A model generated the notes under the pieces. It saw only the letters and a list, made by a program, of their open reading frames with translations, had not been told where the DNA came from and did no database searches. From Intoshia linei (Eukaryota; Animalia; Orthonectida): a DNA stretch of 49,523 bases. Positions 1-11,879 of this stretch are shown here, piece by piece. The position numbers and the translations under genes were made by a program. The first letter of the stretch is position 1. Every line of letters starts with the position of its first letter. The stretch is taken from positions 1 through 49,523 of the forward strand of contig LWCA01000129.1 in the NCBI GenBank assembly GCA_001642005.1, in the 5' to 3' direction.

Positions 1-584
1 TTACACAATTTAAAATTCGGGGCAATAACTGATATACCATATTGTTTTAGTATTAAAAAAATTAAATTATAATTCCTTTTAGTTTTCCTTATATTTCAAT
101 ATAATACAGGTGCTCTNATGCTCACCGGATCTAAACCCAATAGAAAATATATGGGGAATGATGACTGGGATTGTATATAAAGATGGAATACAATATAAAT
201 GTTTAAAAGATCTGAGATCAGCCATAGAGAGAGCTTGGAATTCCATTGACCAACCCAAAGTTAACACCTTAATTGTAAGTATGCCTTATAGAATTTTTGA
301 AGTTATTACAAATAAAGATGGAAGAACTCATTATTAAAGTTATAAAATTATGTTTTAAATAAATTATTGTACCTATTTTGCTGTAAATTAGAAAGCGTTA
401 GAGCACTTTTGTCGCATATTTTTTTCGACTTTTTTTCATTTTTCAAATTATGAAAAAAGTATACATAATTACACAATTTAAAATTCGGGGCAATAACTGA
501 TATACCATATTGTTTTAGTATTAAAAAAATTAAATTATAATTCCTTTTAGTTTTCCTTATATTTCAATATAATACAGGTGCTCT
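1..584. repeat. Exact 116-bp duplication (1-116 = 469-584) either side of the N at 117
   Basis: Direct base comparison. Both copies are the subterminal part of the Tc1 right arm. Confidence 0.9.
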
Positions 585-603
585 AAGGTTTTGTCGAGGG
601 GTG
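118..603 (+). mobile_element. Tc1/mariner (Tc1/Tc3-like) transposon 3' end: transposase C-terminus plus right TIR, inside a UBE4B intron
   Basis: Reading frame from the N at 117 to 337 gives SPDLNPIENIW...GRTHY*, the Tc1-family motif containing the catalytic E. The element ends GGTGCTCTAAGGTTTTGTCGAGGGGTG (578-603) followed by TA (604-605). Confidence 0.85.
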
Positions 604-636
604 TAATATTATAATAATTTTCATTATTTAATTTAG

Positions 637-2913
637 ATTAATTTTGACAACTTTGATTGTTTACCAATAATATATAATCTTTCTCACATTCTATATTACA
701 TGTCCTTAAAAGTAGATGTTGAAAAAGTAGATGTTTTGTACTTTTCTCGACACGATTGTCTCTTAAAGGATTTAACTAGTGATAGTCGTATATCATGCAC
801 TATAAAGGAAGTAGAAGAATTTGACCAAGTAATTCAAAAAGAAAATCCTGACGTCAAAAGCAATTTTAACAGTCATTGTTTCTTTTTCCTGGCTTTATCT
901 TATGAAGAAACTATTATTTACTTGTTTCGTTTAAAAGAATATCAAAATGGTTACATTGAAAACTTTAAAAAAACGCGTATTAAACTGGACGCTTTTAGAA
1001 AATCCAGGAATATGGATTCTCTCGATTCTATAATTATGTTTATGGACTTTTTTATTAATGATTTTAGCAATACAATAGATGTTACCGAAAAATATTTTAC
1101 ATTGAACGATGCAAGTAGAAATGTAATATATTATATAGACCGATTATCAGCGGTAGTCGCATCAATGATAAGTATTAATAAAGATGAATCTTTGGATAAA
1201 ATATTTCGTATGTTTCCCGAAAGGTTTCTACAAATAATTATCAACGCTAGTGAATATTTAATGAGTAGTCGTCTATTGATGCCGAAATCTGATACTATGA
1301 ATATATTCAAGGTCATTATTTTAGGAATATGTCGTCATGATATATTCATTTCACCATACATGGTTTCTAAGTTTATTAATGTTTTACAGATACTACTACC
1401 TATTCATTACCCTTTAGTCTCAAAGACCAATTATATAATTGATGATTTAAATATGAAAAATCACATACCAAAAGCTATAATGAACTATTATGTTAATGTC
1501 GAAAATACTGGTAGCTCCAACGACTTTTATGATAAATTTTCTATTCGGTTTTCCATTAATTTGTTGTTGAGAAAGTTGTGGTACAATCAAGATGCTAAAG
1601 AAAAAATGATTGAATTCAGTAAAACTTCCGAATTTATTAAATTTATTAATATGGCTCTCAACGACGTTATTTATTTATTTGACGAAAATATTTCTACTTT
1701 AAAGAAAATGAAGAATACGCAAATGGTCATTAATGATGTCAGTAAATATAACGCTTTAACGGAGGTTCTTTTAATTTTGTTGATTTTAATTTTGTTTATT
1801 AGAATGAACAAAAAATGAGACGTCAAGAATTGCAAAATTCGGAACGAATATTGCTATCAATGATTAAATTGTTAATGCAACTTTTGAAAATGATTGTTAT
1901 GTTTACCCTGAAAATAAAGGAACCTTTTATGAAGGAGGTAGAGTAGAAAATCTGAACAATTCATACATTTATAAACTCGTAACATGATTTGTTTTCTTTT
2001 CTTATAATAGGGATTCATGATACAAACTAATAAGTTTAAATCTAGATAAGTTACAGGGTTCCATTATAAAATGAATCATATTTGTGTTCTAATTACTAGT
2101 ATTTTTCAGTTTGATAATAATTTTAGGAATTATTGGACCGATTTACGGTCATGCTTAACTTCACTTTTTATGAATTGTCTGGTGAAAATTCTGCTAGTAT
2201 AAAAATAGACAACCCTGAAAAAATTGGATGGTCTCCTTGTGACATTGTTAAAAATCTTATTCACATATATATAAATCTCAGCAATGAAAAATTTATTGAA
2301 AGTATGGCCAAGGATGAGCGTTCATTTGATTCAAACAAATTTAAATCTGCCTGTGAGCGTCTCAAAGAAACTAAAATACCTAATATCGAACTTGAACATA
2401 TGATTAATATAATTGAAGAAGCTGAAAGTAATTAATTGTTTGTTTATAATCACATTTATAGGTTTTAAGAGGCGTTTACAGCTTAAAGAAGTATATTATG
2501 GAGAAATACCTCAAAAATATCGTGATCCTTTAATGGATACTTTAATGTTGAATCCGGTAAAATTGCCCGGCGGTGGTGTTATGGACAAACATGTCATCCT
2601 TCGCCATTTGCTCAATTCTAGTACAGATCCGTTTAATAGGAATTATCTCGATGAATCTTTGTTAGTCGAAGGTACATATTTTTTGAAGAGTTTTTTCCTT
2701 AATAACATGGAAAAGCGTTTCCCAAGTGGGTTCCCGAAGTATATCTTTAAATGCATTTATGTTTCAAACTTTTGGAACCGCTATGTAGCATTTTGGACAC
2801 ATTGACTAAAAAATAGACAACTATTTTTCATTTTTCTAATTTTAGATGTTGATCTCAAGCAAGAAATTGATCAGTGGATCATGTCAAAACACAAAAACAT
2901 GTCTGACCAATAA
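637..2913 (+). CDS. UBE4B: Ubiquitin conjugation factor E4 B / Ufd2 (Ufd2P core plus U-box), 5'-partial, spliced
   Basis: Exons approx. 637-1764, 1803-1937, 2127-2427, 2462-2671 and 2846-2913, joined in frame by GT-AG introns. Motifs: [33 protein letters not shown]-box [35 protein letters not shown], and terminal LKQEIDQW. Confidence 0.92.
2713..2783. mobile_element. Decayed ~70-bp hAT-type MITE in the last UBE4B intron
   Basis: Imperfect inverted ends AGCGTTTCCCAA (2714-2725) and TTGGAACCGCT (2772-2782) resemble the TIRs of the 3933-4073 MITE. The TSD is not clean. Confidence 0.45.
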
Positions 2914-3660
2914 TTTCATATATAATTGTTTAAATAAATTTAAATTCACCAAATATTTGTATTATAAATGGTCTTTAGCAGGAGGGTAAACATTTTATTT
3001 AAAATATAATTCTATTCACATGTCTTGTAGTCTTGTCGCATAAATTTAAAAATTATAATAGAATAGATAATATTTACAATGTAGATTTTACATATAGTGA
3101 AGTTCCAAATGTACTGAGTGAATTTCGCAATACACAGGCAAAATATTACAGTCTACTACAATTATACAACATATTACTACAAATTACAGTCAAATAAAAG
3201 AACAACTTTTTTTGATTGCAAAAGTAAAATTTAGTAAATCTGGAAGAGATTTTTATTCTGAAAAGATCATATAATCAGTTTTTCTGCATCACGTCCAGGT
3301 TTTTTTTAAAATACGCCTAAACTTCGAAAATGGGCATATTTGAAGGTCGATATAAATCTTAAATAAAGTAGATGTGGAGTAATATATGATTGGAAAGGAA
3401 AAATTTTTGCGTTACACATTATGAAATTATTAATAGAATTGAACAAGTTTTTAAAAAATTCCTTAATATAGCCCGTTTCGGTCTTTTTCGAAAATACAAT
3501 CTTATCATCTCTGATATTAACTGATTTATTCAACTGTGAAAGCGATATTAATAAAAATATTCTACAATAATCTCATAAAAATTCATCGTATTGTAATCTA
3601 ACAATTTTAGTTGCTACAAAAATATGAAACGTTTACATAAATAAAGTTTACAATAGTAAA

Positions 3661-3801
3661 ATGATTAACGACGTTCAACTAACCCTTTTCAACAATATTG
3701 TAGGAATAGCTACTTTTTTGCTGATAATATTATATCATTATATTGATAATTTTGTAAGCGAGTTGTTAGCTAATTAATACATACTTTAGAAAGAAGAATA
3801 A
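3661..3801 (+). CDS. OST4: Oligosaccharyltransferase 4-kDa subunit (34 aa), two exons
   Basis: 3661-3753 encodes MINDVQLTLFNNIVGIATFLLIILYHYIDNF. A 36-nt GTAAG..TAG intron (3754-3789) follows, then KEE*. This matches the OST4 signature MIxDxQL...G...F.L...YHY. Confidence 0.93.
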
Positions 3802-3816
3802 ACATTTAATTTAATA

Positions 3817-6800
3817 TCAAGATACAATGGTTTGCTCGAATACGGTTTTTACTCTATCTTGTATCTAAAAAATGAAATAAAATTTAGTTTACGTCTGATT
3901 CATATTTGATCCCATATCTCATTCATATATTTCAGCGGTTCACAAAATTTCACATAAATTTTTTCAACCACTTCAAATCTAAGTTGTAAGAAATATTATC
4001 ACTAAATAATTTTTTTGGGATCTTCAGTCAATACTACATTTTTATTCTGCTGCTTTGTATTTGGGAACCGCTGATATATTTCAATATAAATGACGCCCTA
4101 ATAAACTTTAACTTAAATGAGTAAAATATGAAACCAAACTAATTTAAGCCTCGTAAAAATATTCTACACATATGGTATATAAAGTAAAGAGGTTATCGTC
4201 ACACAATGTTTGACATCTAAATTTAAATAAAAATACATTTTGTTCAGGGCATTGGTTTGATAGTTGCCCCAATTGTTGTATAATATATTGTCCAATGTCG
4301 TCAATTTGCGAAAATGTGTCCTTATCAGAAGAGATAGCGTACACTAACTTGTTATACCCTCCTTGTAAATCTAAAAAGGTAAAAACAAAATATTCAAAAT
4401 AACCTTTCAGTTGAAGTTTTCCGTCCATTTCTTCATCCTGTTTTACATTCCGTACATTCGTAGATACCATTTTTACGGTGGATTGTAAAAGTGGCAACCT
4501 AATTATTATTACATGTATTCTTATAATAAAAGCAAACCATGATCCGTTATAACATCCATTAGTAAGGTAAAAATCTGGTATCTTAGTCAACAATGACGTA
4601 CAGGCTACACATACTATTTTTTTGTTATGCAAAGTGTTGATATAACATAAATTTGTTTCGAAAATACTTGTTATTAATCCAGAAAATACTCTAAAACGTG
4701 TTTTATTTTGAAAATTTTTATTTACCCAGACATAATCGATTCTAAAGTAGAAATTGTATGCTTACCACCGTATGCACATATATTAATACAAATACACAAA
4801 ATTATAGCTAAAAGATATGTATAGTTTTCAAAATTGCGTTACCTTTTCTATATTTTAGGGTTTTGTATGTTTCATATCGGGTCAGTACTAATTTTAAAAT
4901 TCCGCTTTCAACTTCCTTTAATTCTTCACTAAAGAGATGTTAGAAATTTGAGGTACAAATTTACCTTGTAAAATTTTGAAAAAGAGCATTAGCAATTGGG
5001 GTAGCAAAATATGGACGGTTAGAATTTAAAATTGATTGGAATAAACCAGCAATGGTCATCTAAAGTAAATTAATATTATATATAAGTCTGAAAAAATTGA
5101 TATTTTTCAGCAGAGGTCAGCATTTCAATATCATACCACTGCATTAGTTCCAAATTGATTCCCTCCTATGCCCAAAAATGTTTTATTAACCCCCGTACCT
5201 GTCGCCATTTAAATTATTAGATTAGGATCCGTACGTTACGATCACTATCCTCTCCGATTTTTTCTACAAAAAATGAATTTTTAAATTAAAAAATGTTAAT
5301 CAGGCCAACCGATGCCCGTCCGTCAACATTCAGAAATTTATGTCAGTCCGTAGTACGGACTCCGTACCTGTTGCAGAATTCTAATTAACATAATTCTTGA
5401 AAAAATTAAATTATGAACACATCGTGCATGTATACAAAAAGGAATATGTAAATTGCTAAATTTACTACAGTAAGATATTAAAAATTAATTTTTTTGTGGA
5501 ATTTACAGGTATAGTGAATAATATATACTAACCAATATTTCACTTTTTTGTTGTATAATTTTTTTCTTGGATATAAATGCAACAAGTAGTCTTAAACAAG
5601 CCGGCATAGTCGCTGTTCTTTTCCATAAAACATCCGTCGATAAAATATAATTTAATAGACCCTCGTAGTTACCGTAATTGAAATTATCAATGGAATGACG
5701 TTCAATGAGCAACGCTATTATTTGAAATGTGTAAGGAACAAAATCAATGATATCGTCTGATATAATAGTTTGAAAATTAAGTAATATGGCCATCTCAAAT
5801 TTTTGAAGGAGACTTGGATCACCTTTCAAGGAGTTGATGATAATGACGCAAATAATTTCAAAAACAAAATGTTTAAAATGAGGATTTGTACATTGCACCT
5901 TTATAATATTTACAATTTTTAATAAATACTCCAGTTGGTTCATAGCAAAGGACGCAATCGAGTCTGATAAAATCAGACATATATTGTTGATGGCCTGAAG
6001 AACATAATTATTTTCATTGATATTGTTGGACTTGAAATCAGTGATTGCAGAAAATAAATTTGTAAAAAGCAAATTAACATGCGGAGATATCGAACTTAAA
6101 GTAAAGGGGTTGGATCTGGGTGAAATATATGTGTCCTTGTTTGTTATTTTTTCAATAAGCATTGCAGCGTAAGTTTGAACAACAATATGAGACCATTGCA
6201 AGTAGGCTGCAATAATTGGCATAATATTAATTAACGTTGCATCATCAATAAATGTTCTAAAATTTATGGTAAATTTGAGACAATCTGCAATCACCACAGA
6301 GTTCTCAGAAACATCTTTAGCCACCAAAATAGGCATAATGTGGTTCTCAAAAATTTCTTTCATGTTGAGATATTGGGTGGTTTTGGTAACCCCACTTTTT
6401 TCTGTCTTTCCCCTGGTAGCTAATCGTATTAAAAGGTATATAGCAGTGTCCATAGCAGCCCAATTCTGTATTTTGTCTTCAGAAAACTGTTGATACAAAT
6501 TCTTGATGAATAGCAAAAAATTTTTAATAACGTCCTCTTCATAAATTTCGCAAATTTCTTTAGTTAAATCGCAAGCAGCTCTTCGCCTCGTATACATGTC
6601 TGACCCCTCCATATCTCGTTGAATATATTCATCTGGACTGTTTTCAAATAAATCCAAATCGGATTCAGTCATGTTTATATTCGGCATTATGATGAATTCA
6701 CAAAGCTGGGGAATATAGTTCTTTAAAATTTTATTGTCTGTACTAGACCTAGCAATTTCTGTCAAAAAACTAATTGCTTTATTAGACAGCAAATCATGAT

Positions 6801-7737
6801 CGCAGCGATCGTCTTTAGAGGTTAAAAGCTCCACAGTGTAATTGAAAAAACTTTCAAGGTACTCACTGAAACCATCCGAGGCATATTTTTGTTGGTACAT
6901 TATTAAACAATCGTAAACAGCAGATAGAGTATCATTCCATTGATTTGTCGTGTCTTTTGACGAAAACGTGTAGTTGTTTTCAAGTTTTGCGTTTAAAATG
7001 TACATAAATGCCTCTACCCATCTTTTAATATTATCCTCAAAAAATTCAGGTAAATCCTGGATATTCAGGTCAAAAAATATGTTTACATTTAATGAAACGT
7101 ATTCACAAATTTCTTGTTCTAGTGAACGTAGAGGATTTTTTTTTAAATTATCAAATATTTTTGTCAAATTATCTAAAAAACTAGAAGTAAACTTTTCAAC
7201 AAATTGAGATAAAACGTATTTAATTTCCATCCACAGCTTATCACTCGGGTATTCAGTTCTGTATTTTTCACATATACTATGAACAGTTCGAAGAATTCCA
7301 TTTATAACAATATATGAAGATGATTCAAATTTTCTCATCAGATTTGGCATTAAATCTGGCCATTTTTCAGGAAAATCAGAAACACCAATATTTGCAATGA
7401 TTACAGTGATTTGTTTTAAAATGGATGACGGGCTATTTAACATCAGCTCGACTATATTCGCGCGGATTTGTATTTTTAACTCGTCATTTATAATCAATCC
7501 GTCTTTGGCGTTCCAATTTTTTTTTAGGAAATGTTTCAGCATGACACATACACCAGTTCGAACACTATTGTCTAATTCCTTTGATTCCACTATTCTTAAA
7601 AGAATTACCGGATAATCATCTTGATTTTCAAAAGATGCCAATTCTCGTAATCCTTCATTTCTACTTGTAAAATCAACAGATAACGATTTTTTATATTCTT
7701 GCAAAAATTTTTCTACATTAGTCCCAGAAGAATTCAT
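3817..7737 (-). CDS. CSE1L: Exportin-2 / CAS / Cse1 (importin-alpha re-exporter), spliced
   Basis: First exon 7737-5533 has DFPEKWPDL, LNIQDLPEFFEDN, EYIQRDMEGSDMYTRRRAACDL and DIIDFVPYTFQI. Further exons: 5059-4965, 4928-~4843, ~4807-4726, 4690-4538, 4498-4404 and 4370-4237 (KKIVCVACTSLL, WLPLLQS, YNKLVYA), then a probable last exon 3864-3817 (IQDRVKTVFEQTIVS*). The last exon is less certain; the unspliced alternative stop is at 4144. Confidence 0.93.
3933..4073. mobile_element. 141-bp hAT (Buster-like) MITE in the probable last CSE1L intron
   Basis: TIRs CAGCGGTTCACAAA / TTTGGGAACCGCTG. Perfect 8-bp TSD ATATATTT at 3925-3932 and 4074-4081. Confidence 0.9.
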
Positions 7738-8059
7738 TGTTATTTATCAAACTAACTTGTTTAACGTTTAATTATCACTCAATTTATAATTATAAATTTA
7801 TTCAACCTTACCTTGTTGTAATTTTAAAACTATGACAAAATATTATATCATTTTTTTATATTAAATTTAAAATGTGTTTATTGATGGATCATGTAATTTT
7901 TTTACCAAAACTGATCTAAATGTTTTTTGTTCAAGTTACATTTTTAAATGGTGAAAAAATTAAATCTAATCTAAAATATCAGAAATAAATCTATACATTC
8001 GGCGGTTATAAATTAATAAAATATAAATATTAAAAAATCAAACATTTAATGCTGGATTA

Positions 8060-8450
8060 ATATTATTTAATTGTACTTGTATCCAAAAGATTCATAATTT
8101 TTTTATTTCTCCAAGTTCAAAGGCACTGCTTATATTCTCAAAAATTTGTTTGTAAACATTTAGTCAACTTAGAGATATATTATGTTCTTGAAACTTTTAC
8201 AATTAATTAATACCGCAAAGATTTCGATCAGTTTATTAAGATCGGATATATTTTAATCCCAAAATCCTATACTTATAATTAAAATACCAATACAATATTT
8301 TTCTTTGAAAATACCAAACATTTTTTAAATGATAAATCTTGATTCCTATTCGGTACTTTTAGTTTAATTTAAATTGGTGGTATAGCTTAGCGCTTTTAAA
8401 GTAAGGAATCGCAACCATAAATGGCTGTATCTGGTTTCCGTAAAATTTAT
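8060..8450 (-). pseudogene. Possible decayed LTR-retrotransposon pol fragment (protease-RT linker)
   Basis: Stop-riddled minus-strand translation includes LRKPDTAIYGCD and KQIFENISSAFELGEIKNYE, resembling gypsy-type protease/linker text. Pattern recognition only. Confidence 0.25.
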
Positions 8451-10349
8451 TTTAGTATTAATAAAGGGTATATTAAAAATTGAAATAAACATACAATACA
8501 ATTTTAGTTCAGCAGAGTAACACAGAAAAAGTTTAATAACCGCTGGCTTATAATTATATAATACATAGAGTGACCCCTAAAATCGTAATGTGTAAGGCTC
8601 TCACATTTACATCTCAACGGGCCACTCTCTATTTTTCTTCTCGGTTTGGTCCCATCACTAATAAGTAGAAAATTAAAAACTAGATGAGTTAATCATTACG
8701 TGTATAATGTAAAAGTAGATTAAAAATGTTAGAATGTCTATGTGTAGTCATTGAGAAAGTGAGTCCCAGAAATTTTAAAAACAAAAATATTAAATCATTT
8801 GTTTCCAGAGCAAAAATTAAGATATATTTTAAATTCAAAAATTTTGAAATTTACACCTAAAACGCCAAATTATACATTATTTTACAATATGAAAAAAATA
8901 ATAAGTCTTATAATTTAAACAAAATTACAACTAATTCATCTTTTTTCTATTGAAATACACAAAAATTTTCAAACATCACAAATTTGCATCTCCACTGTCA
9001 AAAAATAATAAATGTTTATTGACCTTATAGGTTAAAAAAATAGATTTTTGAATCAAAAAAATTAAAGTTTTCTACTATGCTACTTCTACTAACTTTCACA
9101 TGCATTTTTGTTTTTATGTGAGAATCTACAAAATATTTCTTTTCAAATATATAACCGCTAATTTAACCATTTTACAAAATGGAAGGTTAGTAGGATTACA
9201 GATAAATTCACATGAATACTTTCCTATAAATTTATTTAATGAACACATTTTCGCAGAAACTATCTTACCATATCCGATACCTCTCTTCGGTTCTTTTATT
9301 GATAAAACTTGCCCTAGTTATAACATACACAACATAAGGTATAACAAAAAATTTTATTTAGGGCGATGTAGTGAAAAATGTTAGGCATCACAGGGTTAAA
9401 GGGTTTTTTATCGGTTGCTGCACTACTTGTAATTAACGCGATTTTGACTTAGCCAGATAGCACTGTATATCTAAAAATTGAAATTTTTTCGGACAGTCAT
9501 TTTGCAGAACAATTTATATTTTACTTCTTCTACAGATGACTTCTACTTCACAAATGTATTGGAATTCTTAAAACTTTAGATTAATTTAATGTTAAGGTTG
9601 TACTATACTAGATTGATTGTTATGTTATTCCTACAAACAGTAACTAGGTTTACATAGGACCGACTTTTTTATCTGAAGAAGTTTGTGATAATGCTCATGA
9701 TTTTATTATTTATTACAAAAAAAGGTTAATTTGGGTTTGTGTTTAATTTGATACTAATCTGAATTAATTTTTGAAAATAAAATTTGCGATAAAAAATGAT
9801 TCCTAAAAAACTGTATTAGAAATTGTAATTTTTTTAATACTATGACTTAATTTATTAATTAAATAGTAACACTTACCGACATTCAATTTTATATAAGTAA
9901 CTGATGATGTAAGTAATAATGATGTAATAATGAGTAATTAAGATGTAAGTAATATAATGAATTCACATGAGTCATACATAATATTAAGAAAATCCATGAG
10001 AATCGTCAGGCTTGGTGATATCATTATTTAATATTTAAATTGTTTTGATGCTCAGTTTAGTGTCCCATAAAATAAAAAAAATTAAAATGTATTATTGATA
10101 ATAATTTGAATTTAACGGCTTTATTCGTTAAATTATTATGATTATACATTTTTGAAAAGTGTCCACTTATGATTTTATAAGAAAGAGTAAATATATTTAT
10201 GATTTTAAAACCGATAGGGAAATGGTTTCATCAATGGTTAAATGATATTCAAATAAAAATCACTTGCTGATTTCATGTTGAGTTCAAGATTGTATTAACA
10301 ATCACGGGGAACAATTGATTAGATACAATGAATGGAATTTGTTGATAAT

Positions 10350-11000
10350 ATTTAATTCCTCAGCCTCTTTTTTTATAATTAATACTTTCCATTGTGTTTA
10401 ATATATTAGAAATGGTTGATTAGCTATGGTTCTATTAAAATTTGACATATTTTGCATGACATGTATACTTTTACGATGATATTTGGACTCTTGTGTATAA
10501 CGCCAGTTTCCGACTATTAATCCGATAAAAGTGAGATAAGTTTTGTTGATCCCATCCATAAATTGTATTTATGTTTGCATCCGGAATAGGAAGTCACAAG
10601 GAAGCGAGAATTAAACATTAAATGGTATGGTCTTTTATGTCCGGCGATTAAATCCTTCAATTAATTTCTTTTGATAATTTATTTAATATTTAAATTAAAT
10701 TGAAACTTAAATTAACTTGAATTCTTCCGAGGTCTGCCAGTTCATTATAATTTAAATATAGAATGTAATTGAACTATTTATGAGAGAAATGCTAATAATA
10801 ACTTGAGTTTAAAAATATTGGTCAATGACCACCGGTCACTATATTATTATTCACATTTTCGTATAATTCATAATTTTGTATTTTAAAGTATGCATCATTG
10901 CCATTTGAGTTGGTAAAAAGTTTTCAGACAATTATATCAAACTACTCTTGGGCGTCTACGATGGTTCATGAATGAATGCATCGAATACGTAATTGAAATA
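10350..11000 (-). pseudogene. Possible decayed non-LTR retrotransposon endonuclease relic
   Basis: Minus strand FTNSNGNDAYF...VTGGH*PIFLN resembles the end of an APE domain (T..D.f....SDH.Pi). Many stops. Confidence 0.2.
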
Positions 11001-11879
11001 AGTGCTTTAAGTACAAAATTTAGTCGAAATGAATTAAAAATTGCATGTCCACTTGTTAATACAAGATAAAAGGATATGTCTTGTATTATGAAAAGAAAAA
11101 TAATAAATACGAAAGATGTTGGCGAACAGACAAAAAATTCATTGAGACATGAGCAAAGGTCTAATTTAAAATCAAAATAATGCTGTCTACATTCTTTTGA
11201 AACATCATATTATGTAATTACCTATTCTTTTCAGTTTATTGTTATGCGAGAATTTAGCCTTTGTACATTTGATTACGTTATTTCATTACTTTCTTTTTAA
11301 TTACATCAAATGAATACATTTCCCTTTTAACATTATGAATTAATCATTTTAGCATATAAATATTTCAACAATAAAAAAATAATTTTCTATACTTGTTATT
11401 AAGATCAAATAAATTTAAAATTTTTCTATTAAATCCACGTTTTTAAAATAAATTGGAAAATGAAGTCATGATATGAATAATGGATATTTAAAATGTGACA
11501 AAAAATTGGGATGTAAAGTAAAGGGGATTTTGTTTAATATGAGTCTTATACAAATTGAATAAAAATGACTGATTATGAATTATTTGGTTAAGTTATATTC
11601 AGAACGGTTGAGAAGCGTTTAGTGTATATAACGGTTTACAATTTTTATTTACATTTTAAAAAGTGATACAAATATTAAATAGAATTCCTATGATGAATTT
11701 GTATATAAATACAATGTTTCTCAGAAGCGGCACCTGCACTATTATAATCTAAATCTATTAAAAATAGGTCTATCTATTCATATAAGTATGACATTATTTT
11801 GAAAAAGATTACTGCAAAAAATATCCTGGTAGTCGACTACAGTTCAAAAAATGTTAAAAATGCTAATAAACTACATGTA

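Noticed and set aside
1-117. Apparent tandem duplication of a transposon end
   Set aside because: The exact copy stops at the N gap, so it is most likely a contig-overlap artefact. It cannot be called a tandem dimer without reads.
3870-4140. Separate minus-strand gene (GVIYIEIYQRFP..., FEVVEKIYVK...)
   Set aside because: The frames run through the 3933-4073 MITE. With the MITE removed all three frames contain stops, so it is better explained as CSE1L intron.
4217-4236. 20-nt intron giving CSE1L the ending MSNIV*
   Set aside because: Far below the 31-40 nt class seen elsewhere. The 3864 acceptor gives a more plausible end.
6266-7615. Plus-strand ORFs opposite CSE1L, and similar shadow ORFs opposite XPO1, RALGAPB, the WD40 gene and IARS1
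   Set aside because: Antisense or alternate-frame shadows of real CDS with no recognisable motifs.
7795-7825. AACAAG|GTA motif upstream of both CSE1L and XPO1 (~30812) as a spliced-leader relic
   Set aside because: Only about 9 bp are shared, with no Sm site or SL hairpins. It may be a 5'UTR donor or chance.
9340-9399. piggyBac-like end CACAGGG|TTAA
   Set aside because: No matching opposite end or transposase text was found.
9895-9960. Degenerate GATGTAAGTAA repeats as a CRISPR-like or functional array
   Set aside because: Short, irregular, low-complexity repeat with no spacer structure, in a eukaryotic context.
10819-10831. Nuclear-receptor IR1-like palindrome TGGTCAATGACCA
   Set aside because: A single site inside a probable retroelement relic, with no supporting context.
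11470-11700. FLYWCH/MULE-like text YLKCDKKLGCKVKG
   Set aside because: Too short and interrupted to support a call.
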